DNA of 32,000 bases from Pseudomonas aeruginosa (lineage in GTDB: Bacteria > Pseudomonadota > Gammaproteobacteria > Pseudomonadales > Pseudomonadaceae), in NCBI RefSeq assembly GCF_001457615.1, contig NZ_LN831024.1:3150001-3182000 (forward strand). Reading direction: 5' to 3'. Shown one piece after another: positions 1-8,153 of this stretch (the first letter of the stretch is position 1; every line of letters starts with the position of its first letter). The position numbers and the translations under genes were made by a program. Below the pieces are notes generated by a model that had not been told where the DNA came from, did not search any database, and saw only the letters and a list, made by a program, of their open reading frames with translations.

Positions 1-26
1 GTACAGGCGTCGAAGTCCTTGAACAT
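1..26 (-). CDS. 5' end of an unidentified gene running off the left edge (only MFKDFDAC... visible)
   Basis: Minus-strand ATG at 26-24. It is preceded by AGGAGAG (40-34), which overlaps the stop codon of the MgtC-like gene. Too little sequence to name. Confidence 0.3.
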
Positions 27-39
27 GACGGAACTCTCC

Positions 40-531
40 TCAATGGCTATCGGAAGATGGCGGCGAACGGTTCAGGCAGGCCAGGACATGCAGCACCAGT
101 AGCGCCAGGACCGTCCCGAGCACCGCGGTACCCTGGTGACCGAGTCCGACCGCGACGCCTATGGCGGTGCTGGCCCAGAGACCCGCCGCGGTGGTCAGGC
201 CCCTGACCCGGCTTTCCCGACCTGCCTTGAGGATGGTGCCGGCGCAGAGGAAGCCGATGCCGGCGACGGTGCCCTGGATCACCCGGCTCAGCGCGTCCGC
301 CCCGCCACCCTGCAATTGCAGCGGCATGACGAACAGCGCCGCGCCGAGGGTTACCAGCATGTGCGTGCGCAGGCCGGCGGCCTTGCCGCTCTGCTCGCGC
401 TCGTAGCCGAGTACCGCGCCGAGCGCCGCCGCCAGCAGCAGGCGCAACGCGGCGCGGGCGGTCTGCTCGAAGTCGGCGAGATCGGCGAACTCCTCGCCGA
501 GGATCTTCCACAACGTCTCCCAGGCGCTCAT
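40..531 (-). CDS. MgtC/SapB-family integral membrane protein (163 aa)
   Basis: Track ORF 40..567 trimmed to the ATG at 531-529. The ORF is hydrophobic and multi-helical. It carries the MgtC-like core LGYEREQSGKAAGLRTHMLVTLGAALF and AAGLWASTAIGVAVGLG. The ATG forms an ATGA overlap with the upstream small ORF. Confidence 0.8.
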   Translation of the reverse strand: MSAWETLWKILGEEFADLADFEQTARAALRLLLAAALGAVLGYEREQSGKAAGLRTHMLVTLGAALFVMPLQLQGGGADALSRVIQGTVAGIGFLCAGTILKAGRESRVRGLTTAAGLWASTAIGVAVGLGHQGTAVLGTVLALLVLHVLACLNRSPPSSDSH

Positions 532-662
532 CGGCGTTGTATCTCGCTGTAGCGCAGGGCACCGCAACGCAGGCAGCGCTCGCAGTCGAAGGTTTCCTCA
601 CCCAGTCGCAACGCCGGTTGCCGGCACCAGTCGCAACCGCCTATCAGGCAACGCAAGGTCAT
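528..662 (-). CDS. Small Cys-rich (zinc-ribbon-like) protein, 44 aa: MTLRCLIGGCDWCRQPALRLGEETFDCERCLRCGALRYSEIQRR
   Basis: Hand translation; below the 60-aa cutoff of the track. The ATG at 662-660 is preceded by GGGAGGA with 5-nt spacing. Six Cys are arranged CX4CX2C...CX2CX2C. The TGA stop (530-528) overlaps the MgtC-like ATG (ATGA). Confidence 0.55.
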   Translation of the reverse strand: MTLRCLIGGCDWCRQPALRLGEETFDCERCLRCGALRYSEIQRR

Positions 663-758
663 CCGGGTCCTCCCGCCGAATCGCTCGGCCAGCCGCCCTT
701 TCCAGCTGTGACCGACGAGACGACGGGAAGGTGCGATCGGATTCGCCAGCGGCGCTCC

Positions 759-2888
759 TCAGGCGGGGATCGCCTTGGTCGCCGCCTCGCGCTGCCAGAT
801 CCGGTGCTGCATCAATGCCTGGCGCAGGCCGGGGAAGACATCGGTGGCCGTGGCGCCGAGCACCACGCCGGGGTCGCCAGGCAACGAAAGCTGGCTGGCC
901 AGCGCCTGGGCATCGCCGGCGAAGGCCACTGGCTTCAGGTGCTTGTAGGCTTCCAGCAGGTAGTGCAGGCCGCGTCCGTCAGCGCCGATGGCCTGGCTGC
1001 TGGCCGCGCCGCCAGGCACGAAGACCGCGTCGAAGGCTACCGACGGCAGGCCGTCCCAGGTTCCCTCAGGGCTCAGTTCGGCGCCGTTTTCAGCCTGCAC
1101 CGGCGAAGCGCTGGGCGCGATCAGCTTGGCGTCCGCGCCCTCCTGGCGGAGCGCGTCGCGCAGGTCGCTGACGTCGCTCTCGGCGACGCCGTCGGCGATC
1201 AGGATCGCCACCTTGCGCGAACGGATGTCGCCGGACAGCAGGTTCATCTGGCTCAGCGCCGGCGACGGCTTCGGCTGCGGTGCCGGGTTGGCCGGCGCGG
1301 CGAGCTGCACACCGACGTTCGCCGCGACCCTGGCGGCCAGTTGCGGATCGATGTTGAGGAGTATCTGGTTGACTTCGCGCTCACGGATCGATTGCCGCTC
1401 GACCTTGGACAGTTCGAAGCTGTAGGCGGCGACGATATGCGCCTGCTCGGCCTCGCTCATGCTGTGCCAGAACAATGCGGCCTGGCTGAAATGATCGGCG
1501 AAGGAGTCGGCGCGCTTGCGCAGCTTGCTGCCGCTGACCGGCTCGTGGTAGGTGGAGAAGCCGCCGTTGCGCGCCGCCGGCGGGGTTTCCTTCGGCCAGC
1601 CGCCGTCGATCGAGTTCGGTTCATAGGAAGCCCGGCCGCGGTTGATGGTCTGCCGGTGCGGCGCGTCGCGCTGGTTGTTGTGGAACGGACACAGCGGGCG
1701 GTTGATCGGGATTTCGTTGAAGTTCGGCCCGCTCAGGCGCAGCAGTTGGGTGTCGGTATAGGAGAACAGCCGACCCTGCAACAGCGGGTCGTTGGTGAAG
1801 TCGATTCCGGGGACCACGTGGCCGACGTGGAACGCCACCTGTTCGGTCTCGGCGAAGAAATTGTCGGGGTTGCGGTTGAGTACCATCCGCCCCACCACCC
1901 TTACCGGCACCAACTCCTCGGGCACCAGCTTGGTGGGGTCGAGCAGGTCGAAGTCGAAGCTGTCCTGCTGGTTCTCCGGGATCACCTGCAGGCCCAGCTC
2001 CCATTCGGGATAGTCGCCCTTCTCGATGTCCTCCCAGAGGGTCCGCCGGTTGAAGTCGGGGTCCTTGCCGGCGAGCTTCTGCGCCTCGTCCCAGACCAGC
2101 GAGCAGGTCCCGGACTTCGGTCGCCAGTGGAACTTGACCAGCACGCTCTCGCCGGCCGCGTTGACCAGGCGGAAGGTGTGCACGCCGAAGCCCTGCATGT
2201 TGCGGTAGGCGATCGGAATGGCGCGGTCGGACATCAGCCACATGACCATGTGCGCCGACTCCGGGGTCAGCGAAACGAAGTCCCAGAAGGTGTCGTGGGC
2301 AGACGCTCCGGTGGGAATCTCGTTGTGCGGCTCGGGTTTCACCGCATGGACGAAGTCGGGGAACTTGATCGCATCCTGGATGAAGAATACCGGCATGTTG
2401 TTGCCGACTAGGTCGAAGTTGCCTTCGTCGGTATAGAACTTCACGGCGAAGCCGCGTACGTCACGCACCGTATCCGCGGACCCGCGCGGCCCCTGCACGG
2501 TGGAGAAACGCACGAAGACCGGGGTACGCTTGCCCGCCTCGGCGAGGAAGCCGGCCTTGGTCAGGTCGCTGAGGTCCTCGTAGGCCTCGAAGTAGCCATG
2601 CGCCGCCGAGCCACGAGCGTGGACCACGCGCTCGGGAATGCGCTCGTGGTCGAAGTGGGTGATCTTCTCGCGCATGATGAAGTCTTCGAGCAACGACGGT
2701 CCGCGCTCGCCGGCCTTCAGGGTGTTCTGGTTATCGGCGATGCGGGTGCCGGTATTGGTGCTCAGGGCCTCTCCGGTGGCGTCCTCGCGATAGGCCTCCA
2801 GCTGTTCCAGCTTGGCGTTGCTGTTGCCACGGTCGACGGTGTCGGTGCCGGCCGCCTGGCTGCGCTGCTCGTTGTTCTGCTCGCTCAT
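759..2888 (-). CDS. katE: Large-subunit monofunctional catalase (HPII type), 709 aa
   Basis: Catalase core motifs [23 protein letters not shown] and [12 protein letters not shown]-terminal extension of about 150 aa is typical of HPII/KatE enzymes. ATG at 2888 with GAGGAGAGGAAA upstream. Confidence 0.97.
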   Translation of the reverse strand: MSEQNNEQRSQAAGTDTVDRGNSNAKLEQLEAYREDATGEALSTNTGTRIADNQNTLKAGERGPSLLEDFIMREKITHFDHERIPERVVHARGSAAHGYFEAYEDLSDLTKAGFLAEAGKRTPVFVRFSTVQGPRGSADTVRDVRGFAVKFYTDEGNFDLVGNNMPVFFIQDAIKFPDFVHAVKPEPHNEIPTGASAHDTFWDFVSLTPESAHMVMWLMSDRAIPIAYRNMQGFGVHTFRLVNAAGESVLVKFHWRPKSGTCSLVWDEAQKLAGKDPDFNRRTLWEDIEKGDYPEWELGLQVIPENQQDSFDFDLLDPTKLVPEELVPVRVVGRMVLNRNPDNFFAETEQVAFHVGHVVPGIDFTNDPLLQGRLFSYTDTQLLRLSGPNFNEIPINRPLCPFHNNQRDAPHRQTINRGRASYEPNSIDGGWPKETPPAARNGGFSTYHEPVSGSKLRKRADSFADHFSQAALFWHSMSEAEQAHIVAAYSFELSKVERQSIREREVNQILLNIDPQLAARVAANVGVQLAAPANPAPQPKPSPALSQMNLLSGDIRSRKVAILIADGVAESDVSDLRDALRQEGADAKLIAPSASPVQAENGAELSPEGTWDGLPSVAFDAVFVPGGAASSQAIGADGRGLHYLLEAYKHLKPVAFAGDAQALASQLSLPGDPGVVLGATATDVFPGLRQALMQHRIWQREAATKAIPA

Positions 2889-2917
2889 CGGTTTCCTCTC
2901 CTCATCCTGGGCATGAA

Positions 2918-2950
2918 AATGGGGCGGATGCCTCCCTGCTCCGCCCCATT
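2918..2950 (-). terminator. Intrinsic terminator downstream of the KGG-repeat gene, 29 nt upstream of the katE ATG
   Basis: The minus-strand RNA is AAUGGGGCGGA-(11-nt loop)-UCCGCCCCAUU followed by UUCAUG. That gives a perfect 11-bp stem running into AUUUUCA. Confidence 0.65.
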
Positions 2951-2968
2951 CACTTCACTGCGCGGTTA

Positions 2969-3136
2969 TCAGTTCCCGCCGTGGCTGCGCTGGCCACCTT
3001 TCTTGCCAGCCTCGGAGGCCCGCTGCGGATCGTTCTTGAAGTTGCCGCCGCTGGCCTGGCCGCCCTTCTTGCCGGCCTCCGAAGCACGTTTCGGGTCTTC
3101 CGCGAAGTTGCCTTTACCACCTTGATGCTGTGCCAT
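2969..3136 (-). CDS. KGG-repeat small general-stress protein (YmdF/YciG-like; PA2146-type), 55 aa
   Basis: Hand translation: MAQHQGGKGNFAEDPKRASEAGKKGGQASGGNFKNDPQRASEAGKKGGQRSHGGN. GGAGGA lies 8 nt upstream of the ATG at 3136. Stop is TGA followed by TAA. Confidence 0.88.
   Translation of the reverse strand: MAQHQGGKGNFAEDPKRASEAGKKGGQASGGNFKNDPQRASEAGKKGGQRSHGGN
2990..3112 (-). repeat. Internal tandem duplication (22-aa / 66-nt period) inside the KGG-repeat gene
   Basis: GNFAEDPKRASEAGKKGGQ (aa 9-27) and GNFKNDPQRASEAGKKGGQ (aa 31-49) match at 16 of 19 residues. Confidence 0.8.
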
Positions 3137-3384
3137 TTCTATTTCCTCCGAATAATCTCTTCAGAACAGATTTCATGGACGCATGCGTTGCGCATGCCCT
3201 AACTCTGAGAGGGTGTTTCGCCAGTGGTTCAGATTATTTTCAGCGAATGAAAGCGAAGCGCTTTGCCAGCATGTTTTGAGCGCAATCCATAGGGTTCAAA
3301 GATCCTTGCCTTATTCCATTGCCAGCATTGACAGGAATCCCCGAATTGCGTCAGATGAAAGCCCGCACATCTCGGAGGAGCACC

Positions 3385-3549
3385 ATGAAACCCTACGAGC
3401 ATCCGGCCTACAGCGATCCCATGGTAAGCAACGAAGAACCCGATCGCGATTGCCATGAATGGAATTTCGAACCGGGAGACAGTGATCAGGAACCCTACCC
3501 CGAATATCATGGAGCGAATACCGAAGAATGCCCAGGCGGAGGCACTTAA
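3385..3549 (+). CDS. Small highly acidic hypothetical protein, 54 aa (MKPYEHPAYSDPMVSNEEPDRDCHEWNFEPGDSDQEPYPEYHGANTEECPGGGT)
   Basis: ATG at 3385 preceded by GGAGGAG with 5-nt spacing. 14 of 54 residues are Asp or Glu. GC3 is only about 52 percent by hand count (28 of 54 codons), atypical for this genome. No family recognised. Confidence 0.4.
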   Translation: MKPYEHPAYSDPMVSNEEPDRDCHEWNFEPGDSDQEPYPEYHGANTEECPGGGT

Positions 3550-3622
3550 TTATTCTTTTCTATTGCAACCCCTGACATTCCGATAGACCCATTCAATAAT
3601 TAATCGTCGAACTTTAAAACAA

Positions 3623-4033
3623 ATGGAACTCGCCATGGAAAACAGTGACGAAGTGCGATTCCAGCACTATTTCATTTCTCTCGTGGAACAGGTGGCGAAA
3701 CCGCTTTTCGTCGACTCCTGCGAAGAGGCGCGCAGCTACGGCCTGGACTGCAACGTGGACCTCGACCTCGACGAGGACGGCCATCCTCGCCTGCGCCTGG
3801 AAGTCGGCGAGCCGGGAGGCGAGAAAAGCCACTACAGCCTGCTGGCGATTCCCGGCGAGCGGGTCATCCATCGCCAGTACCTGGCCGGGGCCCAGGAATG
3901 GCACAGCCTGCCGGCCGAGCTGGCGTCGATCAACCCGATGGTGCTGGACAGCGAGCTGGCGGTATTCTTCCGCCGCGCCTTCGACCTTCGCCTGGAGGGC
4001 CCCGAACGCCGTCACCCGGCCGGCTTCTGGTAA
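3623..4033 (+). CDS. Hypothetical protein, 136 aa (start could instead be the ATG at 3635)
   Basis: Only sizeable ORF in the gap that does not oppose a recognised gene. Third-position G/C becomes high after about 3680. No clear SD and no family recognised. Confidence 0.55.
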   Translation: MELAMENSDEVRFQHYFISLVEQVAKPLFVDSCEEARSYGLDCNVDLDLDEDGHPRLRLEVGEPGGEKSHYSLLAIPGERVIHRQYLAGAQEWHSLPAELASINPMVLDSELAVFFRRAFDLRLEGPERRHPAGFW

Positions 4034-4039
4034 GGCCCT

Positions 4040-6478
4040 TCATAGCTTCCAGATATCCCGGGCGTATTCGCTGATCGTCCGGTCGGCGCTGAACCAGCCG
4101 ATCCGCGCCACGTTGAGCAACGCCGAGCGCCACCAGCGATCGGGCTCGCGCCAGACTTCCTCGACCCGGCACTGCGCATGCCAGTAGGCCTCGAAGTCGG
4201 CGCAGAGCATGAAGCGGTCGTCGTGCACCAGGCCGTCCACCAGCCCTTCGTAGCGGCTGCGGTCGTCGGCCGAGAACAGCCCGCTGCGGATCGCCTCCAG
4301 GGCTTCCTCCAGCCGCGGCGAGGCCGCGATCACCCCGCCCATCTCCAGCTCCCCGGCCTGCCGGCGCTGCTCCACCTGCTGGGCGCTGAGGCCGAAGATG
4401 AACATGTGTTCCAGGCCGATCCGCTGGCTCATCTCGACGTTGGCGCCGTCCAGGGTGCCGATGGTCAGCGCGCCGTTGAGGGCGAACTTCATGTTGCTGG
4501 TCCCGGAGGCCTCGAGCCCGGCGGTGGAAATCTGCTCGGAGAGGTCCGCCGCGGGAATGATCGCCTCGGCCAGGCTGACGTTGTAGTTGGGCAGGAACAC
4601 CAGCTTGAGCAGGCCGCGCACGGTGGGGTCGTCGTTGATGGTGCGGGCGATGTCGTTGGCCAGCTTGATGATCAGCTTGGCCTGGTGGTAGCTGGCGGCA
4701 GCCTTGCCGGCGAAGATCTTCACCCGCGGCACGCGGTCGGCGGTCGGGTCGTTGCGGATCTCCTGGTACAGCGCCACGGTGTGCAGCAGGTTGAGCAACT
4801 GCCGCTTGTATTCGTGGATACGCTTGATATGCACATCGAACAGCGCTTCCGGTTCGATCGCCACGCCGAGGCTGTCCAGCACCAGGCGCGCCAGGGCGGT
4901 CTTGTTCTGCCGACGCTGCTCGGCGAAGCGTGCCCGCAGCCTGGCGTCCTCGACGTGTTCCTCGAGGTCCGGCAGGCGCCGTTCCGGGGTGTCCAGCAGG
5001 TCGGCGCCGAGGGTCTCCACCAGCAGCTCGGTCAACCCCGGGTTGGCCTGGAACAGCCAGCGGCGGAACGACACGCCGTTGGTCTTGTTGCTGATGCGCT
5101 GCGGATAGAGGCGATGCAGGTCATGGAACACGGTTTCGCGCATCAGCTCGGTGTGCAATGCCGATACCCCGTTGATCTGGTGCGAACCGAGGAACGCCAG
5201 GTTGCCCATGCGCACCCGTCGGCCGTGGCCCTCCTCGATCAGGCTGACCGAACGCAACAGGTCGAAGTCGTGGATGTCCTGGGCACGCAGCGCGTCTATA
5301 TGGAAGGCATTGATCAGGTAGATGATCTGCATGTGGCGCGGCAACAGGCGCTCCATCAGCGCCACCGGCCAGGATTCCAGGGCTTCCGGGAGCAGCGTGT
5401 GGTTGGTGTAGGACAAGGTCGCCACGCTCAGCGCCCAGGCGTCCGGCCAGGCCAGTTGGTGCACGTCCACCAGTTGCCGCATCAGCTCGGCGACGGCGAT
5501 CGCCGGGTGGGTGTCGTTGAGCTGGATCGCCACCTGTTCCGGCAGGCTACGCAGGTCGTGATGATGGCGCAGGTGGCGGTCGAGCAGGTCCTGCAGCGAG
5601 GCTGAGACGAAGAAGTACTCCTGGCGCAGGCGCAGTTCCTGACCGGCCTCGGTGCTGTCGGCCGGATACAGCACCCGCGAGATGCTCTCCGCCTTGACCA
5701 CGTCGACCACCGCGCCGATATGGTCGCCGGCGTTGAAACGGTCCAGTTGCAGGTCTTCCTCGGCGCGAGCGCGCCACAGGCGCAGGGTATTGACGCTGGC
5801 ACGCCGCCAGCCGACGATCGGCGTGTCGTAGGCGATCGCCCGGATCCGCTCGTCCGGCCGCCAGATGGCTCGGCCACTGTGCTCGCTGTCGACCTGCACG
5901 CTGCCGCCGAAGTCGATGTAGTAGCTGACCTCGGGTCGTTCGAACTCCCAGGGATTGCCGAAATCCAGCCAGGTCTCGGTCTGCTCCTGCTGCCAGCCGT
6001 CGGTCAGCACCTGGCGGAACAGGCCATGCTCGTAGCGGATGCCATAGCCATGCGCGGGAATGTCGAGGCTGGCCATGCTTTCCATGAAGCATGCCGCCAG
6101 GCGTCCGAGGCCGCCGTTGCCGAGCGCCGCGTCCGGCTCCAGGGCAACGATCCGCTGCAGGTCGACGCCCAGCTCGGCAAGGGCCTGGCGGGTTTCCTCG
6201 AGCAGCCCGAGGTTGCCGAGGTTGTCCAGCAACAGGCGACCGATGAGGAACTCCAGGGACAGGTAGTAGACCCGCTTGCGCGCGGGCGCTTCACCTTGCG
6301 GGGTGGCCTCCTCCCAGTGGTCGATGATGTGGTCGCGCACCGCCAGGGCCACCGCTTCGAACCAGTCGTGCGGGCAGGCGGTGGATGGGTCGCGGCCGAC
6401 GCTGTAGCGCAGTTTGGCGAGGATGCTGGCTTTCAGGGTCTGGACCGCACTTGGGGTCTGGTCTTGGCTGTCGGGCAT
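4040..6478 (-). CDS. glgP: Glycogen/maltodextrin phosphorylase, 812 aa
   Basis: Full-length alpha-glucan phosphorylase. The PLP-lysine signature EASGTSNMKFALNGALTIGTLDGANVE is present. GGAAGGAAG lies upstream of the ATG at 6478. Confidence 0.97.
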   Translation of the reverse strand: MPDSQDQTPSAVQTLKASILAKLRYSVGRDPSTACPHDWFEAVALAVRDHIIDHWEEATPQGEAPARKRVYYLSLEFLIGRLLLDNLGNLGLLEETRQALAELGVDLQRIVALEPDAALGNGGLGRLAACFMESMASLDIPAHGYGIRYEHGLFRQVLTDGWQQEQTETWLDFGNPWEFERPEVSYYIDFGGSVQVDSEHSGRAIWRPDERIRAIAYDTPIVGWRRASVNTLRLWRARAEEDLQLDRFNAGDHIGAVVDVVKAESISRVLYPADSTEAGQELRLRQEYFFVSASLQDLLDRHLRHHHDLRSLPEQVAIQLNDTHPAIAVAELMRQLVDVHQLAWPDAWALSVATLSYTNHTLLPEALESWPVALMERLLPRHMQIIYLINAFHIDALRAQDIHDFDLLRSVSLIEEGHGRRVRMGNLAFLGSHQINGVSALHTELMRETVFHDLHRLYPQRISNKTNGVSFRRWLFQANPGLTELLVETLGADLLDTPERRLPDLEEHVEDARLRARFAEQRRQNKTALARLVLDSLGVAIEPEALFDVHIKRIHEYKRQLLNLLHTVALYQEIRNDPTADRVPRVKIFAGKAAASYHQAKLIIKLANDIARTINDDPTVRGLLKLVFLPNYNVSLAEAIIPAADLSEQISTAGLEASGTSNMKFALNGALTIGTLDGANVEMSQRIGLEHMFIFGLSAQQVEQRRQAGELEMGGVIAASPRLEEALEAIRSGLFSADDRSRYEGLVDGLVHDDRFMLCADFEAYWHAQCRVEEVWREPDRWWRSALLNVARIGWFSADRTISEYARDIWKL

Positions 6479-6530
6479 CGCCGGGCTTCCTTCCGGCCCG
6501 CCGCTGCAGGCCGGTGCTTGCGGGGTTTTC

Positions 6531-6824
6531 TCAGGCGCTCTTGCGTACCGGCACGGCGGCCGCCGCGCTTTCCTGGCGCAGGCGGTCGAGCAGGTCGTGG
6601 CCGGCCAGGGTCAGGTGGTGGACCACCCATTGCTCCTGGCCGGTCCAGGAATGCTGGACGCTGCCGCAGAGCAGTTGCGCCTGGTTGAGCAACTGCAAGT
6701 GGTAGGCCACCGCCTCGCGGCAATGACCGGGTAGCTCGCGTGCTTCCCAGTGCTGGCCGAAGCCAAGGCTTTCCAGATGCTCCAGCAGATCCCTGATCAA
6801 CCCCCAGTCGCGTTTCATCGGCAT
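6531..6824 (-). CDS. DUF2513-like small hypothetical protein, 97 aa
   Basis: The N-terminus MPMKRDWGLIRDLLEHLE resembles the DUF2513 family as I remember it. AAGGAG lies upstream of the ATG at 6824. The gene sits 52 nt upstream of glgP on the same strand. Confidence 0.65.
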   Translation of the reverse strand: MPMKRDWGLIRDLLEHLESLGFGQHWEARELPGHCREAVAYHLQLLNQAQLLCGSVQHSWTGQEQWVVHHLTLAGHDLLDRLRQESAAAAVPVRKSA

Positions 6825-7231
6825 GCTCCTTGTCTGCGTCGCGGCCGGCCGTTCCGGCTACCTAGAAGCGGAGTCGCGGCGGCCGCGATGGTTCATTCTT
6901 TTTCGCCGGCGGCCCGCCTGTCCGCACGACGGAACCGCCGGGCGCCGGCGTCAGTCGGGAGGAATGCCGTTGCCAACGGTCGGTGTGCGGACTGGCGCGA
7001 GAGCTGGAGCGCAGCTTCACTGAGCAGTGACCTTTCCCGTATCCCGGCAGGAGCGCTCCGATGCAGGCTTTCATGGTTCATTTCTCAGACGCCGGACAAC
7101 CCGGCCGGACCGTGCTCACCACTTTCGCGCCAACCCTCAGCACCAGCGAGGCGCACGTTCGCCTGCAACTCTGCTATCCCCTGCTGTTCCCGCAGCGTCT
7201 GAGCGCGGTGCGGGTCTACCCCTGCTGCCGG

Positions 7232-7260
7232 CGGCGGCACGCGAGTGAACGCGGCCGCCG
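7232..7260 (-). terminator. GC-rich hairpin immediately after the SDR stop codon (possible end of the ligD-to-SDR transcription unit)
   Basis: The minus-strand RNA is CGGCGGC-CGCG-UUCACU-CGCG-U-GCCGCCG. That gives about 11 bp with one bulge. No U tract follows. Confidence 0.35.
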
Positions 7261-7267
7261 GGGCGCC

Positions 7268-8128
7268 TCAGCCGTTGACTACCGTACCGCCGTTGACGTG
7301 CAGCACCTGGCCGCTGACGTAGGACGAGTCGTTACAGGCCAGGTAGACGTAGCTGGCGGCCAGCTCTTCCGGCTGGCCGGGCCGGCCCATCGGCGTATCC
7401 GCGCCGAAGTGGGCGACCTTCTCGGCGCTGAAGGTGGACGGGATCAGCGGCGTCCAGATCGGGCCCGGGGCCACGGCGTTGACGCGGATGCCGCGGTTGA
7501 CCAGGTTCATCGACAGCGACCGGGTGAACGAGGTGATCGCGCCCTTGGTCGAGGAATAGTCGATCAGCTGGGGGTTGCCCTTGTAGGCGGTGATCGAGGT
7601 GGTGTTGATGATCGCCCCGCCCTTGCCCATCAGCGGCAGGGCCGCCTTGGTCAACTGGAACATGCCGAAGATGTTGGTGCGGAAGGTCTTCTCCCACTGC
7701 TCTTCGCTGATGTCCTCCAGGCGCGCCTGCGGATGCTGCTCGCCGGCGTTGTTGACCAGCACGTCGAGGCGCCCCCATTTCTGCCTTAGCGTGTCCACAA
7801 CCTGGCGGCAGAAGCCGGCGTCGGCGACGTCGCCGGCGAACGCCAGGCACTGGCGGCCGAGCGACTCGATGATCTCGCGGGTCTTCGCCGCGTCTTCGTT
7901 CTCATCCAGGTAGACCAGCACCACATCCGCCTTCTCGCGGGCGAAAGCCACCGCCACCGCGCGGCCGATACCACTGTCGCCGCCGGTGACCAGGGCCACC
8001 TTACCCTCCAGCTTGGCCGCCGGACGGTAATCGGCGGAAACGAACTCCGGCTTCGGCTGCATCTCGCTTTCGTGGCCGGGACGTTGGTCCTGGTGCTGCG
8101 CCGGCAGGGTCTGTCGCTGTTCGCTCAT
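7268..8128 (-). CDS. Short-chain dehydrogenase/reductase of the YghA/YdaD general-stress type, 286 aa
   Basis: Track ORF 7268..8350 trimmed to the ATG at 8128 (MSEQRQTLPAQ...) with GAGAGGAAA upstream. Cofactor motif VTGGDSGIGRA and catalytic YSSTKGA (YxxxK) are present. Confidence 0.93.
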   Translation of the reverse strand: MSEQRQTLPAQHQDQRPGHESEMQPKPEFVSADYRPAAKLEGKVALVTGGDSGIGRAVAVAFAREKADVVLVYLDENEDAAKTREIIESLGRQCLAFAGDVADAGFCRQVVDTLRQKWGRLDVLVNNAGEQHPQARLEDISEEQWEKTFRTNIFGMFQLTKAALPLMGKGGAIINTTSITAYKGNPQLIDYSSTKGAITSFTRSLSMNLVNRGIRVNAVAPGPIWTPLIPSTFSAEKVAHFGADTPMGRPGQPEELAASYVYLACNDSSYVSGQVLHVNGGTVVNG

Positions 8129-8153
8129 GGTGGTTTCCTCTCTGTCGGACGCC

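Noticed and set aside
537-2411. 624-aa plus-strand ORF
   Set aside because: It lies antisense to the unambiguous catalase gene. It has the Arg/Ala/Gly/Pro-rich, low-complexity composition typical of off-frame translation in high-GC DNA, and no recognisable family.
3229-3510. 93-aa minus-strand ORF with a hydrophobic N-terminus in the low-GC islet
   Set aside because: It has no SD upstream of its ATG. It is antisense to the 54-aa ORF, which has a near-perfect SD. It is not excluded, only ranked lower, and is mentioned in the islet finding.
4178-5605. 475-aa plus-strand ORF, plus several 60-320-aa ORFs over 4040-6734
   Set aside because: All overlap glgP or its upstream gene in other frames or on the other strand. 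Their composition is the high-GC artefact type.
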